Positions 19,060 to 28,785 of a stretch of DNA of 64,000 nt are shown in pieces (position 1 is the stretch's first letter; every line of letters begins with the position of its first letter). Below the pieces are notes generated by a model, which made no database searches, was not told the origin of the DNA, and saw only the letters and a program-made list of their open reading frames with translations. This stretch comes from an uncultured Gammaproteobacteria bacterium (GTDB lineage: Bacteria > Patescibacteriota > Patescibacteriia > UBA9934), in NCBI GenBank assembly GCA_964344415.1, contig CAYFMS010000001.1, positions 317,315-381,314 of the forward strand, given 5' to 3'. The position numbers and the translations under genes are program-made.

Positions 19060-19722
19060 TTATTCGGTTAAAATGATTGGATAAGTAGAGTTATTTATAT
19101 AGTGTTCAATTCTTGTTTTAGAACTGTTTGCAATATTTTTAGGTAGTTGATGTGGGTCGAAGCACTTTATTTCTGCCGCTTCATTATTTTGTTTAAAGTC
19201 AATATCTATAAGATGGGATTTGTAGACAAATATCATTTGATTTTTTTCTACCTTCTGATGAATGATAACAAGTTCCGAGTCTTCGATGTTTGCTGAAATT
19301 TCTTCCCTTACCTCTCTTTTGAGAGCCACTTCAAGAGATTCATTGCTCTCAACACCACCTCCGGGGAGCATAAAATCACCCTTATCTGTATGCCGCATGA
19401 GCAGCACATTGCCTGATTTGTCTTGAATGATTGCATAGACTGCAATCTGGAATATGCTCTGCCACTGTTTTGAAGTGATAAGATGTTCCTTCTTTTTTCT
19501 CGACCAGCCTTTTATTTCTTTTTCCCGAAGCTGTGCCGTATTCAGATTCTCACATCTTTCATAATATACCAATTCAAGAGGTAATCTCTTCATTGTGTGC
19601 ACGGCGCCATTGCCTGATGCATGTTCGAGAAAACGCTCCTTGAGCCTCGTCGTTGATCCGATGTAGTAGCTATCGTCAGAGCATTTAATGATGTATATGT
19701 ATGCCTTCATAATTTTTGACAA
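19060..19722 (-). CDS. GIY-YIG nuclease domain fused to a NUDIX hydrolase domain
   Basis: N-terminus YIYIIKCSDDSYYIGSTTRLKERFLEH...LVYYE (GIY-YIG). C-terminus GGGVESNESLEVALKREVREEISA (Nudix box). Confidence 0.75.
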   Translation of the reverse strand: MSKIMKAYIYIIKCSDDSYYIGSTTRLKERFLEHASGNGAVHTMKRLPLELVYYERCENLNTAQLREKEIKGWSRKKKEHLITSKQWQSIFQIAVYAIIQDKSGNVLLMRHTDKGDFMLPGGGVESNESLEVALKREVREEISANIEDSELVIIHQKVEKNQMIFVYKSHLIDIDFKQNNEAAEIKCFDPHQLPKNIANSSKTRIEHYINNSTYPIILTE

Positions 19723-19839
19723 GGTACTTCGTCATCCTCAGTCAGAGACTTCGGATTTCTCAGCACACCATTCAAAAACTTCAGATGAGTCTTGTTGGCT
19801 TGCCATGAGAAAACTGAAGGCTCGGCCTGAAGTTTTCGA

Positions 19840-20220
19840 ATGGTGGACCTGGGGAGAATTGAACTCCCGTCTGGTCAGTGCTCGACCAAGAATGTTTTAC
19901 AAGTATATCTTACCTATATACATCTACCGATAAAGGCAAGAGAAAGACGATAGATGTTTCCGCGCAAACCTTTGACATTCACTCGCGGGGCATGAATGAC
20001 GCATCCTGCTATATATAACACCCAGATCGCTTTTGCGCAGGATCAAAAGCTAGGATGGCACTGCACAGTGTTAGGCAGTTGCGAATGCAGGTAGATTCAT
20101 TCGAATCAACCCACGTGAAGAGTTGTTTGCATGTATCTTCTTGTATGTGTTTTTACTGAGAACATACGGCTCAGACTTGGTTCTTGGAAGGTGCTGCTGC
20201 CATCGATTCCTGGCAGGCCC
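19840..20220 (-). ncRNA. ssrA: tmRNA (ssrA)
   Basis: 5' GGGCCUG pairs with 3' CAGGUCC-A-CCA and carries the tRNA-Ala G3·U70 wobble. T-arm is GGGAGUUCAAUUCUCCC. 5' region GGGGCCUGCCAGGAAUCGAUGG resembles the E. coli GGGGCUGAUUCUGGAUUCGACGGG. Lies directly downstream of smpB. Candidate tag ORF is GCA AAC AAC... TAA, giving ANNSSRGLIRMNLPAFATA. Confidence 0.75.
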
Positions 20221-20280
20221 CGAAATTTTTCAAGTGATTAAAAAATTTCGGGGCCTGTCCTCAGTCACCTGAGTACAAAA

Positions 20281-20739
20281 TTAGTTGCTAAATCGCGTTC
20301 GTTTTAACTCTTCCTGAATCTTGCGCTGAACATCACGTTTCTTAATCGTGTCGCGCTTTTCAAACTCTCGTTTTCCTCGCGCAATGGCAAATTCAAGCTT
20401 TATTAAATCGCCCTTAAGATAAACACGAATTGGCACAATTGTCAATCCCTGCGCCTGCTTTTTTCCAATGAGATATTTTAATTCCCGCTTATTTACAAGG
20501 ACTTTGCGATTGCGTGTTGGATTATAATGTTCTTGACTACCAGCGGGCGCATATTTACCCACAAACATATTTTTCACCCATAATTCACCGCGGTCAATAC
20601 TGAGGAATGACCCTTTCAACTGAGTATGACCCTTTTTGATCGCCTTTACTTCAGCGCCGGTCAGCACTAAGCCACCTTCATATGTTTGAAGGAGTTCATA
20701 ATCTCGTTTCGCGGATTTATTTACAGCGAGCGTGCTCAT
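20281..20739 (-). CDS. smpB: SsrA-binding protein SmpB
   Basis: KRDYELLQTYEGGLVLTGAEVKA...NRKVLVNKRELKYL. Confidence 0.9.
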   Translation of the reverse strand: MSTLAVNKSAKRDYELLQTYEGGLVLTGAEVKAIKKGHTQLKGSFLSIDRGELWVKNMFVGKYAPAGSQEHYNPTRNRKVLVNKRELKYLIGKKQAQGLTIVPIRVYLKGDLIKLEFAIARGKREFEKRDTIKKRDVQRKIQEELKRTRFSN

Positions 20740-20767
20740 GCGCGGATTATGCTATAATTTGCATTGT

Positions 20768-21826
20768 ATGAAAAGCCGAAAAGCGGAGGATGCGGCTGTG
20801 CTTCCAATAAAAATCACGACGGGGACCTTGCTTAGAATCTTGCTCGTTGCTGGAGCGGTCTTTTTGATTTTCTACTTGAGAGACCTCGTTTTCATGCTTA
20901 TTGCAGCAACACTTATCGCAGCGATCATAGACCCTGTCGCTGACAGATTGAAGAAATATCGTGTTCCAAGAAGTTTAACGGTTCTTCTTGTTTACCTCCT
21001 TTCTTTTGCCGTTTTAGCTCTTGCTTTTTTACTCATTATTCCTCAGGTGATCGAGCAATTTAAGCAGCTGTATACGCTCTATCTTCCGTATGTTCAAGAG
21101 GTGGCGCCTGGAAATGATTTGGGTCAATTGATCGTTGGCGGCGAGCTATTCACGCAAGACATCAATTCTATTTTCTCTGCTCTCGTCAGCTCGGGTGGTG
21201 GGGAAGCATTTGGGCAAGTATATGATGTGCTTATTGGCGCAATCGGGGGAGTCATTGCTTTGATTCTTGTCCTGATGATTGCCTTCTATATGGTTGTGGA
21301 AGAAAAATCCATGCATCATATGCTTATGCATTTGACGCCAAGTCGATATCAGAAAATGGTTGACTCGGTTGCATCTCAGGTGCGCGTTAATGCCGGAAAG
21401 TGGCTTCGCGGTCAATTACTTCTCATGCTTCTTGTGGGATTGCTTTCTTATCTTGGCCTGACATTGCTTCAGGTGCCGTATGCGCTCGCTCTTGCATTCC
21501 TTGCAGGACTTCTTGAAGTCATTGTCTTTATCGGTCCGCTCATTGCGCTTATCCCGGCTGCTATCATTGGTTTTTCTGTTTCTCCTGCTATCGGTGTTCT
21601 GGTAATGGTGCTTTACTTCATTGTGCAGCAGATCGAGGGCGATATTTTGACGCCAAAGATCATGCAGAAAGTCATTGGTCTGAATCCTGTCATCAGTATT
21701 ATCGCGGTTATTGCAGGATTTGAATTTCAAGGTGTACTTGGTGCTATCCTCGCAATTCCTATCGCGATGATTATTGGAATTATATTCCGCGAATGGCGCG
21801 CGGCATCAAAAAAACTATCTGTATGA
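20768..21826 (+). CDS. AI-2E family transporter (PerM/YdiK-like, UPF0118)
   Basis: Eight TM segments and the conserved GPLIALIPAAIIGF...QQIEGDILTPKIMQ region. Confidence 0.75.
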   Translation: MKSRKAEDAAVLPIKITTGTLLRILLVAGAVFLIFYLRDLVFMLIAATLIAAIIDPVADRLKKYRVPRSLTVLLVYLLSFAVLALAFLLIIPQVIEQFKQLYTLYLPYVQEVAPGNDLGQLIVGGELFTQDINSIFSALVSSGGGEAFGQVYDVLIGAIGGVIALILVLMIAFYMVVEEKSMHHMLMHLTPSRYQKMVDSVASQVRVNAGKWLRGQLLLMLLVGLLSYLGLTLLQVPYALALAFLAGLLEVIVFIGPLIALIPAAIIGFSVSPAIGVLVMVLYFIVQQIEGDILTPKIMQKVIGLNPVISIIAVIAGFEFQGVLGAILAIPIAMIIGIIFREWRAASKKLSV

Positions 21827-22194
21827 TGGCAAAAAAGCATTATAGAACTTGGTTTCCGCATATCGTTATTGGCCTGACAGTACTTCTTGCGATCGGTGTG
21901 TATATTCTTTTTTCGAATCGTGATGCAAATACGACTGACCATGATATAGCACAGAGCATTGTCATTCCGACTTCAGAAGAATATAGGGAGAATGTCTCGG
22001 CAATTATCGAAACATATTATGCAGATGAGAACAGGGAAGACGCTTTTGGTGATCTCTTGAATCAAATTGTTCCAGCAGAAGAGCGAGATATTCATGTTGA
22101 AATTATTTTACTTTTTGACCAACCTTCGGACACAAGGGCTAATATCGAACAGGGTCTTTTGGAATTAAAATCAGCCCACTCTTGGCTTCCATAG
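21823..22194 (+). CDS. Hypothetical protein with N-terminal TM anchor
   Basis: Start overlaps the upstream stop (ATGATG). Confidence 0.45.
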   Translation: MMAKKHYRTWFPHIVIGLTVLLAIGVYILFSNRDANTTDHDIAQSIVIPTSEEYRENVSAIIETYYADENREDAFGDLLNQIVPAEERDIHVEIILLFDQPSDTRANIEQGLLELKSAHSWLP

Positions 22195-22216
22195 TGAATT
22201 CGTCTACATTAGCCGC

Positions 22217-22981
22217 ATGATTCTATTACATCGCATCAGTGTTTTCGTCATTAGTGCCTGCGTGGCGGGTATTTTTGCCCTTCTGATTTTGGCGCCTTAC
22301 TCATTTAGTATACCGTTTGCCGTTCTTTCATTTATCGCCTTTTTGCTGCTTGGGCGCATGCTTGGATTTGAATATAAATCTCCAGCATTCTGGATTTTTC
22401 TTCTAACGCCATTTTTTATTCTGGCAACATCGCTCTTTTTCTTTCTTTTTCTCTCGGCTGATATAGCAAGAATCGCTCTCGCTGTCTTTACAACGCTTGG
22501 AATTTGGCTCTATCTTGAAAACCTATTCACCTTTTATCATTTGCCAGGATCCTATCAGGCCTATGCGCTTGAATATGTTTCTCTCACGCTCTATATTGCA
22601 TCGGTTTTCTTCTTCGCGAGTGGAGCATATGGCGCGCAGCTTTTCCTACTTTTACCATTCTGGGTTCCAGCACTCGCCGTGTTCTGGGTCATGCTTTTTA
22701 CGAGTATCAGTGTTTTTTGGGTGAGCAAGGTGAATATTGAAACAAGTATCAAATATGCGCTCAGCGGTGCGATTTGTTTAACAGAGCTCTATGTCGTGCT
22801 CAGTTTTCTTCCAACGGGCTTTGTGACAAATGCAACGGCATTTGCTGTTATGTATTATGTCTTCCTCGGACTGGCGCGGGCACATGTGCTCGATAAGCTA
22901 ACAAAACCAGTCTTGATCCGTTATGCGGGCATTGGAATGATCTTTCTGTTATTATTGTTTATGACAACAACATGGGTTTAA
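22217..22981 (+). CDS. Polytopic membrane protein, hypothetical
   Basis: 254 aa with 7-8 TM segments. Confidence 0.5.
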   Translation: MILLHRISVFVISACVAGIFALLILAPYSFSIPFAVLSFIAFLLLGRMLGFEYKSPAFWIFLLTPFFILATSLFFFLFLSADIARIALAVFTTLGIWLYLENLFTFYHLPGSYQAYALEYVSLTLYIASVFFFASGAYGAQLFLLLPFWVPALAVFWVMLFTSISVFWVSKVNIETSIKYALSGAICLTELYVVLSFLPTGFVTNATAFAVMYYVFLGLARAHVLDKLTKPVLIRYAGIGMIFLLLLFMTTTWV

Positions 22982-22982
22982 T

Positions 22983-24056
22983 ATGACCAGAAAACTTTTT
23001 TACGCCATTCTTATTCCAATTCTCGTAAGCGTTGCGGTGAGTATTGTCGCATCTGTTTATACGAATCAGGCGCTTGAGCGTTATTTAACGGGTCTCGACA
23101 CAGAATCTCAATTTAGAGATCAGACGGAAACAGTGACGCGTCCTTTGCCAGGGTCCTATGAAGAATCACTGAGCCAGATTGATACATTGATGACTGAATC
23201 TGTCGGCGTAATTCGCAGTACATCTATTTCACGTCAAGATGCGCTTATTCGGTCTGATGCGGATGGTGATCCGGGGGTTGTGATTACGAATGATGGATGG
23301 ATGCTATTCTCAAGTGAGTATACGCAGGGAATTGTTGGCGATGTTTTTGCATATGAAGTATGGATTGGTCAAAATGCATATTCAATTGAACAAGTGGTGA
23401 GTGATGAAATTTCAGGTCTTTCATTTGTAAAAGTGAATGCATCCGGTCTTGATCCCGTTTCTTTTGGAGATACAGTTTCAGCGACGGGCGGGGAATTATT
23501 ATTTGGTGCATCGCCAGTTCACGGTATTTCTCTTTCGGCGATTATTAATGCTCGTGAATTTTCTGGCGGTATTTCTCATGCAGATTACGATGTAAATTGG
23601 TTATGGGCTGTCGAGGAAATGCCTATTGGGTATCCAGTCTTTAATTCAGGAGCTCAGCTTGTCGGATTTGTTGATTCGAATGATCATGTTATCCCGCTTC
23701 TGAATGTGGAGAATCAAATTCGATCTTTCATTAGGCAGGGGAATATTGATCGCGTTGGTATGGGGGCACATATAGCCGAGGCACAATTTATCTTGAATAT
23801 TGATAGGGATGTGTACCCAGTTTCAGGCGCGCTTGTTCAGAATGTGATTATTGATTCTCCGGCATGGCAGGCAGGATTGCGTTCGGGGGATATGATTCTC
23901 TCCATTGATGGTTTGACGGTGACGGCTGAAGATACACTTGCACTTTTGCTTGGTCGTTATGAATCTGGTGATTCTATTCAAGTTGAATATATGCGTGAAG
24001 GTGAACGAAATGATGTGAAACTTGAATTGGCTTCGAGGGCCAGTTTGGGGTATTGA
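22983..24056 (+). CDS. Membrane-anchored trypsin-like (HtrA-type) domain plus PDZ domain protein. The Ser-protease motif is not clearly conserved.
   Basis: C-terminal PDZ GALVQNVIIDSPAWQAGLRSGDMILSIDG. The upstream region resembles the S1C fold but has FNSGAQL in place of GDSGGP. Confidence 0.6.
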   Translation: MTRKLFYAILIPILVSVAVSIVASVYTNQALERYLTGLDTESQFRDQTETVTRPLPGSYEESLSQIDTLMTESVGVIRSTSISRQDALIRSDADGDPGVVITNDGWMLFSSEYTQGIVGDVFAYEVWIGQNAYSIEQVVSDEISGLSFVKVNASGLDPVSFGDTVSATGGELLFGASPVHGISLSAIINAREFSGGISHADYDVNWLWAVEEMPIGYPVFNSGAQLVGFVDSNDHVIPLLNVENQIRSFIRQGNIDRVGMGAHIAEAQFILNIDRDVYPVSGALVQNVIIDSPAWQAGLRSGDMILSIDGLTVTAEDTLALLLGRYESGDSIQVEYMREGERNDVKLELASRASLGY

Positions 24057-24094
24057 CAGGGCTATTAATATCTGATAATGTCGCTCCAGATGCC

Positions 24095-24180
24095 CTTTCG
24101 GGTATGTCGTACGAAGCTATTGCAGCGCCTCCTCCTCGCTACAATGTGCGGAATATGACATACCCGAAAGGGCGTTTTTT
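24095..24180 (+). terminator. Long inverted repeat plus T9 run after the PDZ-protein gene
   Basis: gccctttcgggtatgtc ... gacatacccgaaagggc followed by ttttttttt. Confidence 0.55.
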
Positions 24181-24480
24181 TTTGCCGCTTGTGAGCTTGC
24201 GCTCTTGCATCTCCATGCTCCGCTCCTCGACAACGTACCTTTCAGTACGTCTTACTTCGGTGCTCGCATGTCAAAGCAATAGCATCAAGCTCACTTCGCG
24301 ACCCCATTTGAAATCCTGAGCCTGTCGAAGGATCTCTCAAATTGCGATGAGAATCTCTTCAATCTCCCAAATCTCTTCTATATCCTTTTGCACTTCTCTA
24401 TGTGCTATTTTCTACTAACTACTTACTTCGTAGCCGTCAATCCGTATATCCATACCATCTGTACATTCGTAATTATTTAC
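24175..24480. repeat. Modular intergenic repeat element, copy B
   Basis: Modules present are ttttttt-gccgcttgtgag, caacgtacctttcagtacg, gcgaccccatttgaaatcc, aatctcttcaatctcccaaatctcttctat and ccgtatatcc. Confidence 0.7.
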
Positions 24481-24519
24481 ACTTTTCGCTAATATTAGCC
24501 ATATTTCGCACCCAAGGAC

Positions 24520-24553
24520 TTGACAAATTGCCTATTTTTTGGTATAAATGTTA
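24520..24553 (+). promoter_or_regulatory. Near-consensus sigma70-type promoter
   Basis: TTGACA, 17 nt, TATAAA. Followed by an approximately 215-nt GC-rich, hairpin-rich 5' leader before the ATG at 24772. Confidence 0.55.
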
Positions 24554-24771
24554 ACCTTTCGGGCTGTAGCGGTCTGGCGTCCGGGAAACACCCCTCCTTG
24601 TTTTCCTGTCGATGTCGGACCACTAGAGAATGAAAGGAAGAGTAGAGCATTCGCCGTATGTGAGAGGGTATACGGCGAGTGCGCTGCGGCTGCAACGTTT
24701 AGGCCTTGTGGCCCTCGCATTCAACACTTTCACAAGATTCCCTGCGAGTCAGCGGGGTAAAGGAGACAGCG

Positions 24772-25875
24772 ATGTTCAAGAGCATCGTTTTTCACGCCAT
24801 GATGGCGTTGTTCGTTTGCGTGGCTCCGGTCGCGCAGGCGCAGGATCCGATTGGCCAGCAGGTCGGCGCGCTCGATGAGCGTGTCGAAGAGCTCGGCCGT
24901 GTGGTCGCTGATCGTGGTGAGAAGATCGCCACGATCGAGCGAGAGATCGCACGCATCGAGTCTGTCGGTGAATACAGCGAGAGCAATGCGTCTCGCATCG
25001 ACGAGTTGCAGCAGCAGCTCGATTCGATGAAGCCGACCGATCGTCAGAAAGCCGTCTATGCCCAGTGGGTCGAGATGGCCAAGCGCGTCGAAGAGCTCGG
25101 TATGACGTCCACGGAATTCGTGGATCGTGTCATGACCGTCACCGAGATGTCTGCGAGTCAGGAGGTGAAGATCACCGACCTGATGACCGGCCTCGCGGAC
25201 CTCGAAGAGAGGATCACGAAAGTCGAGCGTCGCGTCGGAGTGGTCGAAACGGATGTCGCTACGCTGACGGGAGCCGTGTACGGAACCGAAGAGTCCACTG
25301 GACTCATCGAGGATGTGCGCGACAACATGTCGGCGATCGACGATTTGTCGACTCGCGGATTCTGTCTGGACTTCAGTCTCGGCGGGTTCGCGGGCGGCGG
25401 CCCGTTTGGTCAGGCGGCCCAGGCGGTGTTTGCACCGCTGCAATTCCGGGGCGTTCGCGCCGGACTGCAGTTGGGCGCCGGTATCGGATACTGCACGGAC
25501 AAGTTTCGTGTGGGGTTCGAAGGAGGATTCATCTTCGATATTCCCGATCACTCGATTGGTGGATACGGTCAGGTGAGTGGGCTCTGGCGTGTCAGTGACT
25601 CCATGTTCTCGATCGGGCCGACCGGCAGGTTCGAATACCTGGAGCGTCGATACCGACATGGTCTGAAGGATGGGCAGGACGTCATCGTCCAGCTCGGGCC
25701 AAGGGTTCGTGTCGACTTCCTGCGCAAGCAGGATGGGGTCGACTTGGCGCTGAACATCGATGCCCTCATCGGCTGGCAAGGTACCAGCGTCGGACATTCC
25801 GGCGGCGGTACGGCCGGACGAGTGACTGGCGGGGCTGTTCTCGGTTTCACCGTTGGGTGGACCGACAGGCGCTGA
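24772..25875 (+). CDS. Secreted coiled-coil protein with a Gly-rich beta C-terminal domain (GC-rich island)
   Basis: AGGAG RBS, signal peptide MFKSIVFHAMMALFVCVAPVAQA, and E/R-rich heptad region. Confidence 0.6.
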   Translation: MFKSIVFHAMMALFVCVAPVAQAQDPIGQQVGALDERVEELGRVVADRGEKIATIEREIARIESVGEYSESNASRIDELQQQLDSMKPTDRQKAVYAQWVEMAKRVEELGMTSTEFVDRVMTVTEMSASQEVKITDLMTGLADLEERITKVERRVGVVETDVATLTGAVYGTEESTGLIEDVRDNMSAIDDLSTRGFCLDFSLGGFAGGGPFGQAAQAVFAPLQFRGVRAGLQLGAGIGYCTDKFRVGFEGGFIFDIPDHSIGGYGQVSGLWRVSDSMFSIGPTGRFEYLERRYRHGLKDGQDVIVQLGPRVRVDFLRKQDGVDLALNIDALIGWQGTSVGHSGGGTAGRVTGGAVLGFTVGWTDRR

Positions 25876-26063
25876 CTCCGAACTGGGGCGACCGCGATAC
25901 GCATAGCGTATTCGCGGTCGCCCTGACCTATTACTCAGAATGTACACAGATTGTAATTCAAGAATGAATTTCAGCCTGAGTACATGCTGCAAGGCTGTAC
26001 GAGAACCTTACAATTTTGTCCCATTCCGGGACATTCAACCCCCGGAATGGGGAAGGAGACAAC

Positions 26064-27584
26064 ATGAAGAACTTGTTTTTCGTCCTTCTCACGGTTTTTG
26101 CCGTGAGTGGCTGCGCCGAATGGGCGCCGCTCGAGGACATTCGATTCACTGATCGTGGTGATTCGGATACGGATACCGATGCGGATTCGGATGCAGACAC
26201 GGACACGGATACTGACGCAGACTCCGATACGGACACCGACACCGATACCGACGCAGACAGCGATACGGACACGGATACGGATACCGATGCGGATTCGGAT
26301 GCAGACACGGACACGGATACTGACGCAGACTCCGATACGGACACCGACACCGATACCGACGCAGACAGCGATACGGACACGGATACGGATACCGATGCGG
26401 ATTCGGATGCAGACACGGACACGGATACTGACGCAGACTCCGATACGGATACCGACACCGATACCGATGTGTCTCCTGACGCAGATGGCGACGGGTGGAC
26501 TGTCGATGCAGGTGACTGCAACGATAACCCCGTCTTCGGTTACTGGTACAATCCTGATCAGGAAGAGAGCTGTGGCGATGCCCAGGACTACAACTGTGAT
26601 GGGCACGACGATCCGCTTGCCGGGTGTGTCGAATGCTACTGGGATTCGGATGGTGACGGATACGGATCCTCCACCTCGTACGAGATGGAGGAATGTGATG
26701 GTCACTACTACGTGACTGTCGACGGAGATTGTGAGATCTTCGATGATAATTCCTATCCGGGTGCTGACGAAGACTGTGATGGCATCGACAATGACTGCGA
26801 TGGTGACATCGACGAAGGTTGCCTGATTTCGCCACCCGACAATGACAACGACGGTTACGATGTGTACAACGATTGTGACGACACCGACCCCTACCGGAAT
26901 CCTGGTGAGGACGAGGTATACGACATTCGTGACAACGACTGCGACGGAGTTCAGGACAATGTCCCCAACCAGGGGCATCGTGCTCTCTCCCGCTGGTACA
27001 AGATTCACGGCTACCAGAACCTCGACATCGACGGTGACGGTACTACGGGTCTGTACGAGGACATCGAGCATCGCTTCTCGGCAACTTCGCCGGGCAGTGG
27101 ATGGTACCAGGATGCCACCGAGCTCCTGACGTACCCGCTCGACATCTGCTCGAGCGGGTACGGTCCTTCGGACACTTGTATCGTCCGCAGCAATGGCGAG
27201 GTCGAGCTCTGGGGCGGGTACGTTCTCGTGCCACTCTACGAGTGCTACCGCGTCGACACCACCGGACTCCACACCACGGAGTACCACCCGCAGAACAGTG
27301 CGGGCTACATGGCGGCATCGAGTTGTGCATTCTCGCCAGTCGGTCTGGTTGTTCCCACGGGGACGAGTACCTCAATCGATCAGCAGGATTTGCTTCCGTA
27401 CTATCTTCATGCGTCGGCGCCGTATTACGGTGTCAGTGAGGTCGAGGGTGCTTCCGGCTACAATGCTGGCGACATCATGTACTCGGACCTCTGGGATGAA
27501 GGAGACGGAACGGGTCCGGGTGGATCCTACACGTACCACCAGACGGCCTGGTTCGCACTCAATCCGGACGATACTACCTACTGA
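26064..27584 (+). CDS. Lipoprotein with a (D-T/A/S)n acidic tandem-repeat region and MopE-type Cys-rich putative metal-binding motifs (GC-rich island)
   Basis: GGAAGGAG RBS and lipobox-like FAVSGC. About 110 aa of [10 protein letters not shown] repeats. DGDGYGS...CDDTDP...[22 protein letters not shown] matches the Cu-binding_MopE-type motif pattern. Confidence 0.7.
   Translation: MKNLFFVLLTVFAVSGCAEWAPLEDIRFTDRGDSDTDTDADSDADTDTDTDADSDTDTDTDTDADSDTDTDTDTDADSDADTDTDTDADSDTDTDTDTDADSDTDTDTDTDADSDADTDTDTDADSDTDTDTDTDVSPDADGDGWTVDAGDCNDNPVFGYWYNPDQEESCGDAQDYNCDGHDDPLAGCVECYWDSDGDGYGSSTSYEMEECDGHYYVTVDGDCEIFDDNSYPGADEDCDGIDNDCDGDIDEGCLISPPDNDNDGYDVYNDCDDTDPYRNPGEDEVYDIRDNDCDGVQDNVPNQGHRALSRWYKIHGYQNLDIDGDGTTGLYEDIEHRFSATSPGSGWYQDATELLTYPLDICSSGYGPSDTCIVRSNGEVELWGGYVLVPLYECYRVDTTGLHTTEYHPQNSAGYMAASSCAFSPVGLVVPTGTSTSIDQQDLLPYYLHASAPYYGVSEVEGASGYNAGDIMYSDLWDEGDGTGPGGSYTYHQTAWFALNPDDTTY
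26170..26490 (+). repeat. Near-perfect 108-bp tandem repeat, about 3 copies, inside the CDS, encoding the DTD repeats
   Basis: gataccgatgcggattcggatgcagacacggacacggatactgacgcagactcc... recurs with a 108-nt period. Confidence 0.8.
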
Positions 27585-27589
27585 TCTCC

Positions 27590-27672
27590 TCAACGCCCGC
27601 CGGCTATTACAACTGCCGGCGGGCGACGAAAGGACCAACTCTCAAACGGAGAGCCCTGGTCCTTTTTTCTTT
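27590..27672 (+). terminator. Tandem GC hairpins plus T-run after the MopE-like gene
   Basis: cgcccgccggc...gccggcgggcg, then ggaccaactctc-aaac-ggagagccctggtcc followed by tttttt. Confidence 0.6.
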
Positions 27673-27889
27673 TCCATATTTTAATTTATGCTTCATGAAA
27701 ACCCATGATTCAGACGGACTTAAAATGCAAAAATATGAGATTGGGGGTTGACGGGAAGGAGGAAATCAGCTAATATTGCGCCATCGCAAATGCCCGAAAG
27801 GGCCCATAATAAAAATCAGGTTTGACGCGATCATGAAGTAACTCTCCCTTCGGGGCCCTTCATGCCAAACCGTCGTTAAAAGAGAAAAT

Positions 27890-28750
27890 ATGCCAAATAT
27901 TCCAAGTATTGAGGAATTACTCAAAGCCGGTGTTCATTTTGGACATCGCACAAGTCGCTGGCATCCAAAAATGGCTGAATATATTTTTGGAGCACGTCAG
28001 GGAGTTCATATTATTGACGTTGAAAAAACGCATGACATTTTGGAAAATGTTCTAGAAGAAATCAAGATGCTTATCGCAGCCGGTAAGGAAATCTGGTTTA
28101 TCGGAACAAAACAGCAAAATCAGTCAATTATTGAGAAATATGCGATTGAAGCAAAAGTGCCTTTCGTGAATCGACGTTGGCTAGGTGGAACATTCACAAA
28201 CTTTAAAGAGATTCAGAAGCTTATCAATGAATATCTTGATTTGCGCGACAAGCGTGAAAAGGGTGAGCTGAAGAAATATACAAAGCTTGAACAGCTTCAA
28301 TTCGACCGAAAAATCTCTGAGCTTGAAAATAAGATCGGTGGTATTTCAACAGCTGCAAAATTGCCAGATGCAATCTTTGTTGTGGACGTGCGAGCAGATA
28401 AGACAGCTATCGTAGAAGCAAGAAAGCAGGGGATTCGAATCTACGCACTTTGTGATACGAATGTGAATCCGGACCTTGTTGATACCGTCATTCCTGCAAA
28501 TGATGATTCTATTGCATCAACATCATTACTTACAAGACTTGTTGCCGACGCTGTTGTCGAGGGTCGTTCCGCGAAAGTAGCTCCAAAGCCGACTGCAAAA
28601 AAGGAAGTAAAAGAAGAGAAGGCAAATGATGTTGACTTGTCTGAGGATTCAAAAGCTTCTGTTGAAGAGCTTGATTTGGAACTCAATGAAAAGCTTGCTA
28701 AAGAAAAGGAAGAGGCTGAAAAGAGTGCTGCGCCAAAGCGAAAGAAATAA
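27890..28750 (+). CDS. rpsB: 30S ribosomal protein S2 with a Lys/Glu-rich C-terminal extension
   Basis: LLKAGVHFGHRTSRWHPKM. Confidence 0.95.
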   Translation: MPNIPSIEELLKAGVHFGHRTSRWHPKMAEYIFGARQGVHIIDVEKTHDILENVLEEIKMLIAAGKEIWFIGTKQQNQSIIEKYAIEAKVPFVNRRWLGGTFTNFKEIQKLINEYLDLRDKREKGELKKYTKLEQLQFDRKISELENKIGGISTAAKLPDAIFVVDVRADKTAIVEARKQGIRIYALCDTNVNPDLVDTVIPANDDSIASTSLLTRLVADAVVEGRSAKVAPKPTAKKEVKEEKANDVDLSEDSKASVEELDLELNEKLAKEKEEAEKSAAPKRKK

Positions 28751-28785
28751 TCTGTTATAATCACGATCATTAAAGACAAAATATT

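Noticed and set aside
19688-19933. 81-aa plus-strand ORF, and an initial impression of a tRNA 3' end at about 19840
   Set aside because: No matching 5' acceptor for a tRNA lies within 90 nt. The T-arm and acceptor belong to the 381-nt tmRNA on the minus strand, whose 5' end at 20220 pairs with it. The ORF is antisense to ssrA.
24554-24771. Possible yybP-ykoY (Mn2+) riboswitch in the long leader
   Set aside because: Only a GAGUAG block matches. The downstream gene is not a transporter. Support is insufficient.
24730-25992. 420-aa minus-strand ORF antisense to the 24772-25875 gene
   Set aside because: It is a high-GC antisense artefact. The plus-strand gene has an RBS, a signal peptide and a coiled-coil periodicity. 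The minus ORF translation is Arg/Ser/Pro-rich low-complexity with no start context.
25958-27287. Several long minus-strand ORFs (25958..26521, 25971..27287, 26146..26835, 27043..27375) plus plus-strand alternates across the MopE-like gene
   Set aside because: These are products of the 108-bp GAT/ACG-rich tandem repeat and 60 % GC. The translations are poly-S/V/R nonsense. Only the 26064..27584 frame has a lipoprotein signal, an RBS and recognisable motifs.
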